DNA from: Balanoglossus misakiensis
Lineage: Eukaryota; Animalia; Hemichordata
Length of the DNA stretch: 64,000 bases
Direction: 5' to 3'
NCBI GenBank assembly: GCA_040954595.2
Contig: CM082593.2
Span: forward strand, 714,759 to 778,758
Position 1 is the stretch's first letter; each line of letters starts with the position of its first letter. The position numbers and the translations under genes are program-made. Below, piece after piece: positions 52,553-62,487 of the stretch. The notes below the pieces were generated by a model that saw only the letters and a program-made list of their open reading frames with translations, had not been told where the DNA came from and did not search any database.

Positions 52553-52800
52553 CTATATTATTATACAGACTCCCGATTTCTTATTATTCTTTCCAGCTGC
52601 TTTCCCTCCAGGAGATGATCCGGAGTTGTTATTCATTCCTTTCTTCACCGATTGTCCGGTGCTTCCCACTGCAACTACTTTTCCTTGTTCAATGGTCGGT
52701 TGGCTGGTGGTGGATTTTCTCCCTCCCGACGGTGGGAACACCACTGATTGTTTGTGGACCAACGGTGGTTTGGGTTTGATTGGCAGCACTAACCCCGAAT
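52553..52800 (-). CDS. NWD-like terminal exon (low-complexity tail ending KNNKKSGVCIII*)
   Basis: Acceptor ttttttgcaacAG|AT, phase 1, continuing NVNE-D-SGLVLPIKPKPP. Stop TAG at 52555-52553. Confidence 0.8.
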
Positions 52801-52984
52801 CTGTTGCAAAAAAATGTAAAATGTGATTCAAAGCTTTGCCGCCTTATTGTTGACAAATGAATTCAAATCCAGAGTTTAATTAACTTTTAACAATATACAA
52901 CATACATTGATACACAGAACAAACTTGTTGACAAATAAGTTAAACTCTTGTACACGTAGCTCAAACAGTTCATTGTTGACTGAC

Positions 52985-53206
52985 CTTCATTGACATTGAT
53001 GTCAACTTGACTTTGAGATTTCACGTCTGTAGCCGGACTGTTGTGAAGGCAGAGTAACGGGGCGTGGCCTCCCTCAGCAAGTTGTACAATGATATGACTG
53101 GCGTCGTATGACATCTCCAGGTTGACAACAGCCAAGTGCATGTAGAAAGAAGTGATGAGAATCCCACGTTGTATTGACCACACTCTGAGAGTACCATCTT
53201 TGGAAC
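52985..53206 (-). CDS. NWD-like exon (end of WD40 array)
   Basis: ttccAG|GT. Reads (G)SKDGTLRVWSIQRG...CLHNSPATDVKSQSQVDINVNE. Donor G|GTCAGT. Confidence 0.85.
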
Positions 53207-53406
53207 CTGGAATGTTTGGGAGGGGAAGGATGATAGGTTACAAACATTACATCATAATCATTGGAGGCAAGAACTCTTGGCACTAGTTTAAAAATTTAGG
53301 AAACTTTTTTCATGTGGCCACCCTGTGAAAATCTGTGAATGGGTACAGGAAGATCTCGACTTTCCATGGTAACTGTGGCTAAATTTTCTATGGTGGCTGA
53401 GTACTG

Positions 53407-53505
53407 TTAACCCTTTCATCACCAGATCCCTCTTTAGAGGTCCAACCTTACCATAGAAAAAATGCATACATGTAGGTTGGTCTGAATGGTGTTTGAAAGT
53501 GTTAA
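53407..53505. mobile_element. MITE copy with TTAA at both ends, inverted relative to 52291-52375
   Basis: TTAACCCTTTCA...CCCTCTTTAGAGGTCCAACCTTACCATAGAAAA...TGAAAGTGTTAA. Confidence 0.7.
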
Positions 53506-53520
53506 CATCTGATTTCATAC

Positions 53521-53716
53521 CTGATATTGCAATACTGCCATCAGTGGTCATCCTGACGTTAGTGACAGCATCTGTGTGACCAATCAGCCGCCTTTCTACT
53601 TCTCCTGTCATCATGTTCCAAATGATGAGAGTCTTGTCAGCTGATCCAGAGACCACATGGCGATTGTGATCAGCCACAGCTACGCATGTAACACCTGCTT
53701 CATGGTCAGCAAGAAT
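53521..53716 (-). CDS. NWD-like WD40 exon
   Basis: tattTAG|ATT. Reads ILADHEAGVTCVAVADHNRHVVSGSADKTLIIWN...GHTDAVTNVRMTTDGSIAIS. Donor G|GTATGA. Confidence 0.9.
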
Positions 53717-53890
53717 CTAAATAGGGATTAAAAAGCAGACGATTGGTCCATTCGTTGTTAGTACTTGTTAAACATGAAAAACATAATTGAAATCATTAAT
53801 CATAAATACTTCACAATCATAAATAGTTCCCAAAGCAGTTTACAAATATATGTTTAGAAAAAAAACATAGCAGTCACATTGATCATTTAC

Positions 53891-54312
53891 CTGTGTTATT
53901 TTGCCAGTTTCAATCTCCCATACTTTGAGTGATGTGTCCTCAGATCCTGTGATGCAGAATTGGTTGTCTTTGGTCACCGTGAAGCATGTAATTGGTTCAA
54001 GGTGTCGAATTGTGTGAACTGATTTGCCGTCCCCGACCTGCCAGATTTTCATGCGTTCATCTGCATCCCCACTGATACAGAATTCACTGCTGGGTGTGGT
54101 GTTCACCATTATTGATGGACCACTACAAGAGAGAATAACTTCCCCTGACTCTGCAAACCAGACTTTGATCGAGTTCTTCACATCTGCCGACAACACTCGC
54201 TGGTTGTCACTCAATATGCGTACAGTTGTTATTCTGTCTGTGTGTTCACAAAACGTCACCACAACCAAACCCGTGTTCACACTCCAAACTTTCACAGTCG
54301 AGTCTTGAGAAC
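53891..54312 (-). CDS. NWD-like WD40 exon
   Basis: ctccAG|GT. Reads (G)SQDSTVKVWS...ITGSEDTSLKVWEIETGKITQ. Donor CAG|GTAAAT. Confidence 0.9.
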
Positions 54313-54443
54313 CTGGAGTGAGAAGTATTAAAATTCCATTAGCCGCAACAATTTGTATTATTTCATGGTATACATGGTACTAAGAGTATGTGTAACTCAG
54401 TATCATTGATTTTATATGAAGAATATCAAATAAAAGCACAAAC

Positions 54444-54602
54444 CTGACACAGCAAAAGTACAGTCTTCTGACAGATCAACACTGGTGATGGGTTTTTCAT
54501 GCTCTTCTAGAGACTGGACAATTTGACTGATTTCTAAGTTCCATATCTTCAAGGTGCAATCTTTGGAACCTGTTATTGCATAGGTACCATCCTTGGATAT
54601 GG
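54444..54602 (-). CDS. NWD-like WD40 exon
   Basis: ccccacAG|CC. Reads (A)ISKDGTYAITGSKDCTLKIWN...SEDCTFAVS. Donor G|GTTTGT. Confidence 0.88.
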
Positions 54603-54741
54603 CTGTGGGGAAAAAAATATGTGCAAAAGTGAATTCACGCAGATCTGCACATTTATGGTGCAAAGTTGCCAGCTTCTCGTACGGGTATCTGATGTTTGGG
54701 AATTGTCTTTATTCAATTATATACAAAAAAGAGCAACTTAC

Positions 54742-55009
54742 CGACACAGAGTACCTGGTCTTTGTGATTGTCTGGGTTCGGGTCGTATTTTGGGTTCTTA
54801 TCCAGGTTCCATACTTTAATGGTTTGGTCAAAGGATGCTGAGATCACAAAGAAGTCATCTTGGGTGACTGTTAAACAAGTTATTGGACTGGTGTGGCCCA
54901 CAAAGGTCTGGAGAAGCTCCCTTGTTTTCAGGTTATAGACATGGACAACATTTTCTGTGGTCCCAATAATTGCATAGGTACTGTCCTGTGACACTGAAAC
55001 TGCTGACAC
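54742..55009 (-). CDS. NWD-like WD40 exon
   Basis: tgacAG|GTG. Reads VSAVSVSQDS...GHTSPITCL...SASFDQTIKVWN...HKDQVLCV. Donor G|GTAAGT. Confidence 0.9.
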
Positions 55010-55255
55010 CTGTCAATCAATCAAATATGCTAATGAATGAACTGTCAATCATATATGCCACAGCACATGCTGCCCACATTGTCGTTGGCAACCAAAATTG
55101 TACCATCTGCAGTTATTACAGATTATGAAAACTTCCAATAAATAACATAAAAGATTGCAATCAAGGTCACCAAGTAACATCTTAGGGTGCTAGAGAAGAA
55201 ACTATGTGACTTTCCAAGATTCTGTTACCAGTATAAGAAATCGATCGCTTCTTAC

Positions 55256-55335
55256 CTTGCATTTATGTTCTTCTAATGTGTGTATCTCTGTGCCAGTTGT
55301 CAAACTGTTCAACTGAACTTTGCCGTTTTCACATC
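55256..55335 (-). CDS. NWD-like WD40 exon
   Basis: ctcTAG|GA. Reads (G)CENGKVQLNSLTTGTEIHTLEEHKCK. Donor AAG|GTAAGA. Confidence 0.85.
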
Positions 55336-55453
55336 CTAGAGGACAGAAACAATTTGTTATTTTGTGTTTCCACAGTTCATTCAGTAACTTCACTGTACTG
55401 TTTTGTGCAGTATGGTCAAGTGCCGCTTAACAATTATAGATGGAAACCCTCAC

Positions 55454-55556
55454 CTGAGATAATGAAGGTATCATCTGGAGATAATATCATGCAAATTACT
55501 GAAGATTCTAATGTGTTGATGTCTTCCAATAAGGTGAAGTCATCCAGGTTCCAAAC
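55454..55556 (-). CDS. NWD-like WD40 exon (absent from ORF track)
   Basis: tttcAG|GTT. Reads VWNLDDFTLLEDINTLESSVICMILSPDDTFIIS. Donor G|GTGAGG. Confidence 0.85.
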
Positions 55557-55726
55557 CTGAAATGCAAATGAAGAAAATTAATACATGAGTGGACCAGAAT
55601 AATAAGGATTATGTCAAATGTGAACTGTAAGCTTACCATGTAGTTGTCATATTGGCTGGTGGCCTACAGACAAATAAACATTCATGCTAATTATAAGCTC
55701 CCTAATTGATGTTTGTGAATCGTTAC

Positions 55727-56316
55727 CTTGATGGTGGTGTCAGCTGCAGCAGAGACCAAGACATCATCATAACTGTTGATGGCCAGTGCTGTGATTGGCT
55801 TGGTGTGTTCTTCAAACGTGTGAAGCTTCTCTCCTGTGTCGGCTCGGTAGAGATTCAACGAACAGTCGGATGAACCACTTGCTATTCTGTGATCAGTGTG
55901 AGAGATCACCAGACACGTAACCGACCCTCTGTGACCTGTCAAGGTGAACAAACTCTTCTCCGTTTCCAAATCCCACATTCGGACGGTTTTGTCAGTGGAG
56001 CCAGTGGCGATGAACTTCTCATCGTGAGACAGCTGCAGACATGTGATGTCATTCTCGTGGCCGTGATACTCGCGTATGCGTTCCTTCGACGCAATGTTGT
56101 ACACCACAACAGTGTTGCTCCGTGTTGCGCAGATGACGTTCTGGTTGTCCTGTGTGACTGTCATCCATGTCAAACCCTCACACGCAAGTGTGGTCACAAG
56201 GACATCCCGTGGGTTGGGAAGCCATGATGAAAGTGGCACTAGTAGAGGTCGTGTGTAGAGATCACACCATTCCATTGCTTGTTGAACAAGGTTTTCCAGA
56301 TCTTCCGGGTACTCAT
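55727..56316 (-). CDS. NWD-like exon, start of WD40 array
   Basis: tgcAG|AT. Reads (D)EYPEDLENLVQQAMEWCD...GHENDITCLQLSHDEKFIATGSTDKTVRMWD...DTTIK. Donor AAG|GTAACG. Confidence 0.92.
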
Positions 56317-56789
56317 CTGCATGTGAACAAAAACAATTTTCAGTTTTCTGTCTACTCTGAAATATAATATCACACGCAGACTACTTCAGTGGTCTATGGA
56401 AAATAGACGCAGGATTTAATTCATGTGATGCCAACTAGTACAAGTTAATACATTTTTTTCTACTTGGAACACAATTGACTTTTACATTAAATCAGGAATT
56501 TTTGAAACCCCAAGTTTCTGTGAAATTTAATGCTACCATTTCAGTGCTATTTTTTATATCTAAATGAAGTAAAGATTAAAGTATCTACTCTAGAATCACA
56601 AGAAGGAACATCAAGAAATGTGAAAAAATATGCTTACTTGGTCCTGACAGATTCAATTTTAGCATTGCCATTGACAGACCCAACAAATAAGTAGCATGCA
56701 ACGAAACCAAACAAAGTTTTGATTTTGAAGTTTGTGTTCCAACAATCAATATATATGTCCTGTATTGGGTTTGTTTTTCAAGTCATTAT

Positions 56790-56830
56790 AAACTAAACTA
56801 AACTAATTAAAACTAAACTAATAAACTAGT
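56790..56830. repeat. imperfect (AAACT)n microsatellite
   Basis: AAACTAAACTAAACTAATTAAAACTAAACTAATAAACTA read directly. Confidence 0.75.
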
Positions 56831-57201
56831 ATAAAATTTTATCGTGCATAAATAATACTACTCTATTTCTTTTATCATGATATTATAAAATGCATACATA
56901 ACTAACATAAAAAATGATTCTAGGGTAATACTCGATATATGACCTAGGGAGTATTCTCTTATTTTTGATTACATGTATCAACCAAGAGGAATCTACATCA
57001 TCTTAGGGAGACATTTACACATTAGAATAAGTCCTCAACTAAAAATCAAGAAATGTCAAACAGAAAGCAAAGTCAATTTCAGCAAGCTATGAAATGAAAT
57101 GTACATTTGAAGTAAAGATTGATAGAAAAAGACCAAAATTGGATTATACGGGAAATATATAACAGTCATATATCCACGAAGAAAACTGTTACTCTTCTCA
57201 C

Positions 57202-57435
57202 CTTTCATTGGTAGAAGTCGACCAATCAGCTCAGCTGCAAGTTGCAATGGATCAGCAGCTAACGCAGCCAGTGACAATCTCACAGCATTACTGATCAGTT
57301 CTAACTCAGAATCTATTGTGTGTTGAAATATGACGTCAAAGTCACTGATCAGATGATAGATGGATGTTGAATGTGTCTTAGCAAGCAGGTACTCAAAATT
57401 ACACAGCGTTGCCATCTTCAGTCTCTTGATATCAC
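57202..57435 (-). CDS. NWD-like helical-domain exon
   Basis: ttccAG|GT. Reads (G)DIKRLKMATLCNFEYLLAK...DPLQLAAELIGRLLPMK, a typical NWD-family motif. Donor G|GTGAGA. Confidence 0.9.
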
Positions 57436-57595
57436 CTGGAAAATGACAATCAAAGAATTTATGGAGTGAATTTCATATTCTTCAGGGACTTTTTAAAGTT
57501 TTTCAAGTAGTGCGAGAACTGCAACTCTCAATGAGTCATTTAAAATTCCAAGGGTTTCGAGGCACGTATGAATGTTGAGGAGAAAAAAATCCTAC

Positions 57596-57895
57596 CCGAT
57601 CTGACCAGATGAAACCACAGCTCACTAAGTCTCCTCATGTTATATCTAGTTTCACCATACAACAATGGTTGTGGTGCTACTTTGCGATTATCATCCACTT
57701 CTGTTTCTCGATTGGGAAGATTCAGTGGTTTCTGTTTGACCCAAGTCTGCAAGAAGAGCTCAGCAAAGTCTCTGTGACACATGACTTTGTTGGTTTTGGT
57801 GTACAGGTACTTTTCTTTGGCTGTCTTGTTTAGTATGGTGTTGCTCCATTTCAGTAGTGTTTTGTTGTCCATGTTGACTTCACATAACAGTGACC
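57596..57895 (-). CDS. NWD-like exon
   Basis: gtacAG|GG. Reads (G)SLLCEVNMDNKTLLKW...NRKVAPQPLLY...YNMRRLSELWFHLVRS (NWD-family QPL/YNxRxLxEL motif). Donor G|GTAGGA. Confidence 0.9.
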
Positions 57896-58074
57896 CTGTA
57901 CAAAATAACAACAACAATAAGCTTCCCCTTCTTATGGAGATGAACAGTTTTTTTTGTATCACCATGTAAACTTGCCCTCATTTGACTGTACCAAATATTA
58001 TTCTAAGAAATGTGACAATCAATAAAATGTCCTCAAAGTATACATACATGAAGTACATTATGTTAAAATCTTAC

Positions 58075-58229
58075 CTAGATCACGTTTGATGCTTGCCCAT
58101 ATTCTATGCGGGAATCTTAACAATGGTGGCAGCTGATGTGGGTAGACGGTATTGATGACTTCATCATTACACGTCAGTAAATCTAAGAGCTCGATTTCTG
58201 TGATTCCATGATTTGGGGCCGTCAGGTAT
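58075..58229 (-). CDS. NWD-like exon (winged-helix region of STAND module)
   Basis: tcccAG|A. Reads (R)YLTAPNHGITEIELLDLLTCNDEVI...LLRFPHRIWASIKRDL. Donor G|GTAAGA. Confidence 0.9.
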
Positions 58230-58289
58230 CTGGGAATAAAGTGCAATTGAAAATCCTTATTTGGTTCTCTGGTTTGTAATGAGTACCCG

Positions 58290-58383
58290 GTAACCTTTAT
58301 GCCCAAACTATAGTCCTGTCCAAATCCATTGTTTTCTATAGGAAGGTTGGACCTCTAGAGAGGGAACTGGGGTAAAATAGTAT
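58290..58383. mobile_element. MITE copy with decayed termini
   Basis: GTCCAAATCCATTGTTTTCTATAGGAAGGTTGGACCTCTAGAGAGGGAACTGGGGT is nearly identical to the core of the copy at 52291-52375. Confidence 0.7.
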
Positions 58384-58401
58384 GTTTTCTAGTATGCTTA
58401 C

Positions 58402-59683
58402 CTCATCATATGCTGTATGACAATTGTTCCATACTTCTCCTCCAATTGTTGGAATATCCGGCATATTGCATCCCGACAGGAGAGTATCGGTTCTCTACCA
58501 TTTCCGGATGGGCTGATGAAACACGTCTCTTGGCATAAGAGCTTGGCAAAGAGTGGCACAGGATGTTTCTGTATCACTTTCACAAACAGCTTCAGCTGTT
58601 CACAAGTCAATGTCCTGCTCGACTGCTGCAGGAAAAGTCTGGAAAGTTCCTGGACTTGTTTTGCTGTAAGTGGCGCAATTTCAATGAAATTCGACGACAG
58701 TGGAATTTTCTTCTCCAGTGTTTTCATGAGATGGGAATCCTTCTCGGTGGAAACGATCAAAAATATGTTTGATGGCAGATTTGACGGCAGCCATTGTAAA
58801 TGATGGGCTTCAAAGTCTTTGGAGATTGCTTCCAGGTTGTCTATGATGATCAACAAAGGTCTTGAACTGTTGGAAACCTTGTTGAGAAGTTGAGGGAAGG
58901 AGGATTTCAAGCTGTCAAAATCATCAGGAATGTTGAAGTTTTTCACTTTGTAGATTTGACATATTTGTTGACTGATTGTGATGAGCAAATCACGTGCTGT
59001 TTTACTGTACAGCGTGCGCCATGGAAACCTGATGATGGATGCAGCGTTCTCGCCGAGCCACGAGGGTGCTGTTTTGGCAAGGGCCGACAACACGGACGAT
59101 TTCCCGGAACCTGTTCGTCCATGAACCACTATGGGATAGATGACCTGTTCCGGGTCATTCTGGATTGACAAGATGCAGTTCTTAATCTTGCTGAGCATTG
59201 CATCCGGGACGATGTAATCCTTGCAATAAGCGTGCGCCATTCGAACGTGTTCCACTGTCTCTTTAAAGATGTGTTTGTTGTCTTCGATCACAGGACGCAG
59301 GGGGTCCTCACACTCGCTGGCCATGTGTCTGTCAATCAAAGTCTTTAACCGCTGTGCCACTTGTCTGCAGAAATCCTTGAGATACATCTTGTGGGTCTGC
59401 ATTTCAGGATCAATGCCCCTTTCATGCCATTTGACCTTGAAGTTCAACACATTATTGGCCGGCACTGTTCCGCATATTCGCATTTCCTTCAGCCTCTTGA
59501 GTCTATCTTGAGCTTTTTTGTCGTATTTTGGTTTGGGTTTCTTCAGGTCTGTGTAGTTGGACACTTCTGGATGGTCTCCATTCAAGTTGTGCGGCAAATC
59601 CTCCAAATTTCTCATCACACAAATGCAATTCTTGGCAGAATCTTCTGAGAATTGCACAGCTTCACTGATTTCTGTCTCCATTC
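58402..59683 (-). CDS. NWD-like NACHT (STAND NTPase) exon
   Basis: ttttTAG|GA. Walker A PIVVHGRTGSGKS (GRTGSGKS at 59120-59097), IIRF motif, Walker B LLIIIDNLE (58856-58830), WLP..LP and IVST motifs. Donor AG|GTAAGC. Confidence 0.93.
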
Positions 59684-59871
59684 CTAAAAAATACAGAAGA
59701 AATGTTAGAATTAAGATTTATCGTTGACAAATTTACTGTGGAGGCATAATTCAACAAGATGCACTTGGGCACCAGTCAGTGTATATAAATAATAATAATA
59801 ATAATTTTAAGTGAATAATCTCTCCATAATAAGACGAAAAAACTGTTTTGCTGTAAACAAATAAACATTAC

Positions 59872-60023
59872 CTGACATATAATATTTCAAGAGTTCATCT
59901 TCATTAATCAAACCCTCATCAAATGCATATTCTGAACATTGCTGTACCAATTCTTGCAATGTGTCGTGGACCTTTTTCCACTGTGCAATATCTTTCTCAT
60001 GAATTTCACGGTTCTCATCACTC
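59872..60023 (-). CDS. NWD-like N-terminal region exon
   Basis: tgcAG|G. Reads (M)SDENREIHEKDIAQWKKVHDTLQ...KYYMS. Donor G|GTAATG. Confidence 0.85.
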
Positions 60024-60211
60024 CTGCATTTGGAAAAACACAATAAATGGACACATAAGCATAAACAAAATACTCTAATTCATCAGGTTATTCTTCATGA
60101 AAAGCGCCACCATGAGAACCTGAATAGAAATGGTGCAATTTGGAATAGCACCACTGAAGAATTCATGATGTACCGCTACATTACAACATCAGGACCCTTT
60201 CTAATACTTAC

Positions 60212-60317
60212 ATGTCATAAAAGTGTTTAAATTTGGATGATATGGGTTGTAAAACATGAACCTTTTTGCCACAAGTTGTTACATCTTCCAAGTACCATTC
60301 ATCAAGCAGATTTATAT
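60212..60317 (-). CDS. NWD-like N-terminal region exon
   Basis: tgtcAG|AT. Reads (N)INLLDEWYLEDVTTCGKKVHVLQPISSKFKHFYD (NWD-family LLxxWYxxD...LQPI motif). Donor AT|GTAAGT. Confidence 0.87.
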
Positions 60318-60507
60318 CTGACAAAGAAAGAAAAATTGTGGTTTTTAAGGAATGAAAAAGATTTAGTTTTATCTTTTGACATATTACGCAGTTTTTTTCT
60401 ATTTCAAGCTGTTTCACCTGAATGCCTACAAGCACAGATTTTGTGCTTTAAGGATTGATGATGTAATACAAATTCAAAATGAATTCATCAGATGAAAATC
60501 GACTTAC

Positions 60508-60607
60508 TGCGACCTGCTTCGAAGGCGCAATCCTTTATATGCGCGTACTCTGCTTCTTCTATTCTAGCAGGAAGAATACATTCGCCATATTTATTGCCCA
60601 CTATTGC
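60508..60607 (-). CDS. NWD-like DUF4062-region exon (absent from ORF track)
   Basis: ttacAG|GCA. Reads AIVGNKYGECILPARIEEAEYAHIKDCAFEAGR (GxKYG..LP..I motif). Donor A|GTAAGT. Confidence 0.87.
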
Positions 60608-60952
60608 CTGTAAAATCAGACATATTTATATCACCAAGATTGTAAATACCAGTTTATAATGTGTTAACACGTCATTTTCTCAAAATGATTCTACAATGTT
60701 CTTAAACTTAGAATTTTCTCAGCAAATAATGTAAACTTATAATAATGATATTAAAAAAGTTAGGAAAGCACAGGATATGCCTGAAACATCATTACAACAT
60801 AATTTGTTGATAACCTACTGCAAAATACTAGCAACTGCAAATCAGCGTGAGCACTTCCGTCATTTTGTACATAAAAGACAATTTTCGTTGTTAACAATAA
60901 AGAAGATGTGCCCGCAGCATATGGAATCAAAGGATGAAGATGTTAGACTCAC

Positions 60953-61069
60953 CAGAAAGAAAGCTCCATGTGACAACCTGTAGGAATCCTTTAATTCTTG
61001 AAGCCTTTGAGCTGCTATTTCATGGTCTGTTGCCAAAGCCTCATTACCATACTGGTGCAAATCAACAAG
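60953..61069 (-). CDS. NWD-like DUF4062-region exon
   Basis: ttacAG|CTT. Reads LVDLHQYGNEALATDHEIAAQRLQELKDSYRLSHGAFFL. Donor CTG|GTGAGT. Phase 0-0. Confidence 0.85.
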
Positions 61070-62401
61070 CTGTAATGACAATAACAGTTATTATTTAGAA
61101 CCACTCTATGTCAATCATTGAGTTTTGAATATAATGCCAGAAGGTACGGCCATCATTTCAGCAATCAGCATCCAACTTTATTCAGTCATAGACTAAATTC
61201 CTTGCTCTACTGGTCTATGGTTCAACTCAATTATCGTTAACGTGAGGCACTTCACGTGAGCAAAGCAAATTCACCATCTGGATCGACACATCTATGAACG
61301 ACTCACAGTACTTTGTTTGAGTGCATTTATCACGACAAAATAATTGGGCAATACATGATTTCCATGTCACAGTCTGTGAATTTGAAGGTAAAATTGTCGG
61401 CTGAGCAGTAGAGCTTAATTCGCGGCAAACTATTCACACCTACGGATTATGCGGAAACACTTTCTTTCCTTACAATCCTGTCCAGAAGCAACTGCCACGC
61501 TTAATGTGCTATTAAAATGATCAGCAACAGATTTCTGTCCTGTAGAAAAGTTCTCCATCCAATGAACATTCTATAGGTTTTACTTGGTTTCTCTCAGCAG
61601 CCAAAAAATACAGTTGTCATATTTTGGAAATCTGTTATTGACATTTTTGCAACCGCTTATAGCAAATTTAACATACATTTTACAATTTAACAGATGGACA
61701 GTGTTAGCATATAAAAAAATAGTTCAAAGTAAAGACAAAAAACAATTTGGAGGACTGTGGGCAGAAGGAATTGGACATGTCCTCTATATGACCTAGATCC
61801 TGGTAATTTTGCTGAAACGTGGGAATGTTGTCGATCGATCGATTTGTCAACCAGTTCATTCTGGTGCATGCCATTATGAATAAATGATCACAATTGGTTC
61901 CCATTATTCCCTGCTGGGCACAGAAGTTGTTATGCACCAAATCCTACAGAAGTAACCGCTACTTCGCATATTCTATTCATGTCCCCTCAAATTTGATGAA
62001 AATTGAATTTATGGCCTGGGAAATATTTCATGATTTTTAGTGAGCTGATCTGCCACCAAGCTGATGGCGACAAGAGTGGTGATGATTGGCCATGTGATGT
62101 ATTAAATATTAAAATTTGACGCACACTGGATCATGTCATTAATATACTGTATCAGTTTGCTCTTGCAATAATTTCTTTAAACCTTACAAACAATGATTCT
62201 AAACTTTTGCATGCTTAAATGTGGTTAAAAAGGGTGTGTCTGTCAGAGTTTTTGAAAAACAATGCAGTGATACACTTTATTCTGAGTGGCCACCCAAGTG
62301 AAAAGCTGTGATTGGCTAGATCTTCACTTTCTGCAGTCTCCCCAAAGTCCCTCTCTCCGAAATATCATATAGTCCAGCCCTTACAGAAATAGAACACTTA
62401 C

Positions 62402-62487
62402 TTGAAAATCAAGTCCATATTGCTGACAGTGCTGTTGTAGTTCAGGATATACATCTTTTAATAAGGCAAGCCTTTCATGTACCGTGT
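62402..62487 (-). CDS. NWD-like DUF4062-region exon, 5'-most exon found (absent from ORF track)
   Basis: ttacAG|AC. Reads (D)TVHERLALLKDVYPELQQHCQQYGLDFQ, matching the DxxxERxxLxxxVYPxLxxxCxxxGLxFQ pattern of NWD/TEP1-type DUF4062 domains. Donor CAA|GTAAGT. An upstream exon is required and was not found in 62488-64000. Confidence 0.87.

Larger units (their letters stand above)
52553..62487 (-). other. NWD1: gene span: NACHT and WD40 repeat STAND ATPase (NWD1/NWD2-like), 18 exons in window, 5' end not found in window
   Basis: All 17 introns between the listed exons are GT-AG and phase-consistent, giving 4820 coding nt. Architecture is DUF4062-like N-terminus, NACHT, helical region, ~14-15 WD40, low-complexity tail and CaaX. 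The symbol denotes the family only; exact orthology is unresolved. Confidence 0.85.

Noticed and set aside
52887-52984. Read-through of the penultimate NWD exon giving a hydrophobic, CaaX-less C-terminus
   Set aside because: A good donor (G|GTCAGT) and a phase-matched downstream acceptor explain the structure; nothing in the sequence indicates intron retention.
54024-59648. Plus-strand ORFs overlapping the NWD-like exons (e.g. 58417..58803, 55889..56227)
   Set aside because: Antisense shadows of the real minus-strand exons.
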